Below, piece after piece: positions 63,014 to 64,000 of a stretch of 64,000 nt of DNA (its first letter is position 1; each line of letters begins with the position of its first letter). The notes below the pieces were generated by a model. It made no database searches and had not been told where the DNA came from. It saw nothing but the letters and a program-made list of their open reading frames with translations. The stretch is from assembly GCA_001643675.2 (NCBI GenBank), contig LSRY02000032.1, positions 62,001 to 126,000 on the forward strand, written 5' to 3'. Both the position numbers and the translations under genes were made by a program. The stretch is from Monocercomonoides exilis PA203 (Eukaryota > Protista > Preaxostyla).

Positions 63014-63811
63014 TTAGAAAGGAAAATCTAAACAGATCCAATTTATGAGCGTATAATGGTTTGATTTGACAGATAAATGTTTAATATTGTTTAAAAACAA
63101 ATTTTAAGTATCAAACAATATATACACATATAAGTTTCTCTTCTCTTTAAACCATAATACAAATAACAACAAAATTTCATGTGTTTAAGCCAGACGACCT
63201 ACGATGAAATTTTTATTTATTTCTTGAAAAAGATAGGATTTGAATTATTTTCGTTCGCTTTGATAATTCCTGGTTTATTTTTTTTATGGTTTCAAATAAT
63301 TCTGCAAGAAGCGCCTTTCTGTCTTCAAACAACGCATTACTTTTTTTGCAAATTATAGAATGTGATGGAGGAATTGCAGAAAAGCACACCAGAAGAATCG
63401 CATTCAATAGTTTGAAACAAATATTTCTTTTAGAAAATATGTAAAGTGCGACTTACTTCGTTTCAATAAAGTATCTAATATTTGTTTTATTCTTTGCTTT
63501 TTGTGTTTTACTTTTGTGTTTGATCTGTGTTTGGAAAAAAATTGGATACTATGTTGAGGAATTTAATAAAATATGCGAAGATGGTTTGAACGCTTCTTGA
63601 ATTCAAATTTAAAAAAAACATAAATTTTCGTTTAACAGAAGAACTGCAAAATGCTTCACCTCTAAATACGCCTGAACTTCAAAAGTTTGCGGATGCAATC
63701 AAAGATCTTCCTGTTGTTCGAAGATGACTTTCATTTTTTGGAAAACTACCTATAGTTCACTTGATGAAAATATTCAAATAATAATTCAGAATCAAATCTC
63801 AGTTTCCGCGA

Positions 63812-64000
63812 TCAGCCTCCTGTTATTAATTGGACATCATCTTGAGATTCTTTCATATTTTCATCTGTTACATTTTGCGACTGTTGCCTCATTGATGCAA
63901 GAACCTCTGCTCTTTCTTTTTCAAATAACTCTTTGAAAAGATCTTCCTCTTTTTTCCCAGAAATATTCACTAACAACATTTCAAAACGAACATTAAAGAT
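63812..64000 (-). CDS. Possible 3' end of an unknown gene entering from the right edge
   Basis: One frame is open from the window end for 62 codons (…KKEEDLFKELFEKERAEVL…QLITGG*). No motif support. Confidence 0.3.
   Translation of the reverse strand: MFNVRFEMLLVNISGKKEEDLFKELFEKERAEVLASMRQQSQNVTDENMKESQDDVQLITGG

Noticed and set aside
63213-63724. Short ORF 63213-63407 (-) and a possible spliced + strand fragment near 63545-63726
   Set aside because: I could not build a consistent gene model, and there are no homology cues.
63812-63830. C-terminal Gly-Gly-stop suggesting a ubiquitin-like modifier near the DUB genes
   Set aside because: The preceding 60 residues look helical and charged rather than beta-grasp, and the ORF is cut by the window edge.
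1-64000. Non-standard genetic code (TAA/TAG = Gln, known in some oxymonads and diplomonads)
   Set aside because: Multi-kb ORFs contain no in-frame TAA/TAG, and conserved genes end at TAA, TAG or TGA at the expected positions.

Overview
Eukaryotic, intron-containing, gene-dense DNA read in the standard genetic code. It has AT-rich intergenic and intronic DNA, short GT-AG introns and proteins swollen with poly-Ser/poly-Glu microsatellite inserts. Gene content (bacterial-type nitroreductase, cofactor-independent phosphoglycerate mutase, saposin-like protein) and style suggest an anaerobic gut protist, most like an oxymonad such as Monocercomonoides; this is inference and was not verified. I hand-spliced about 15 genes: an ABCC/MRP transporter (3' part), two giant paralogous USP9X/24/34-type deubiquitinases (>4900 aa and ~3065 aa), a nitroreductase, a saposin-like protein, an Akt/SGK-like AGC kinase, a double-CH calponin/transgelin, importin-beta, iPGM, RPS25, a Rac/Rho GTPase, two orphan proteins, a USP4/11/15-type deubiquitinase and a Piwi-clade Argonaute. 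The most notable signals are: (1) a ~350-bp intergenic foldback (120-bp arms, 115/120 identical) that could be a small-RNA hairpin or a MITE; (2) a Piwi protein that keeps its MID guide pocket but has lost two catalytic-tetrad residues; (3) a C2H2 (matrin/JAZ-like or UBZ-like) zinc finger inserted in a USP catalytic core; (4) head-to-head gene pairs only 30-70 bp apart; (5) a GTNTG donor / frequent AAG acceptor splice-site dialect, with introns getting longer towards gene 3' ends. I saw no tRNA, rRNA, CRISPR array or transposase.
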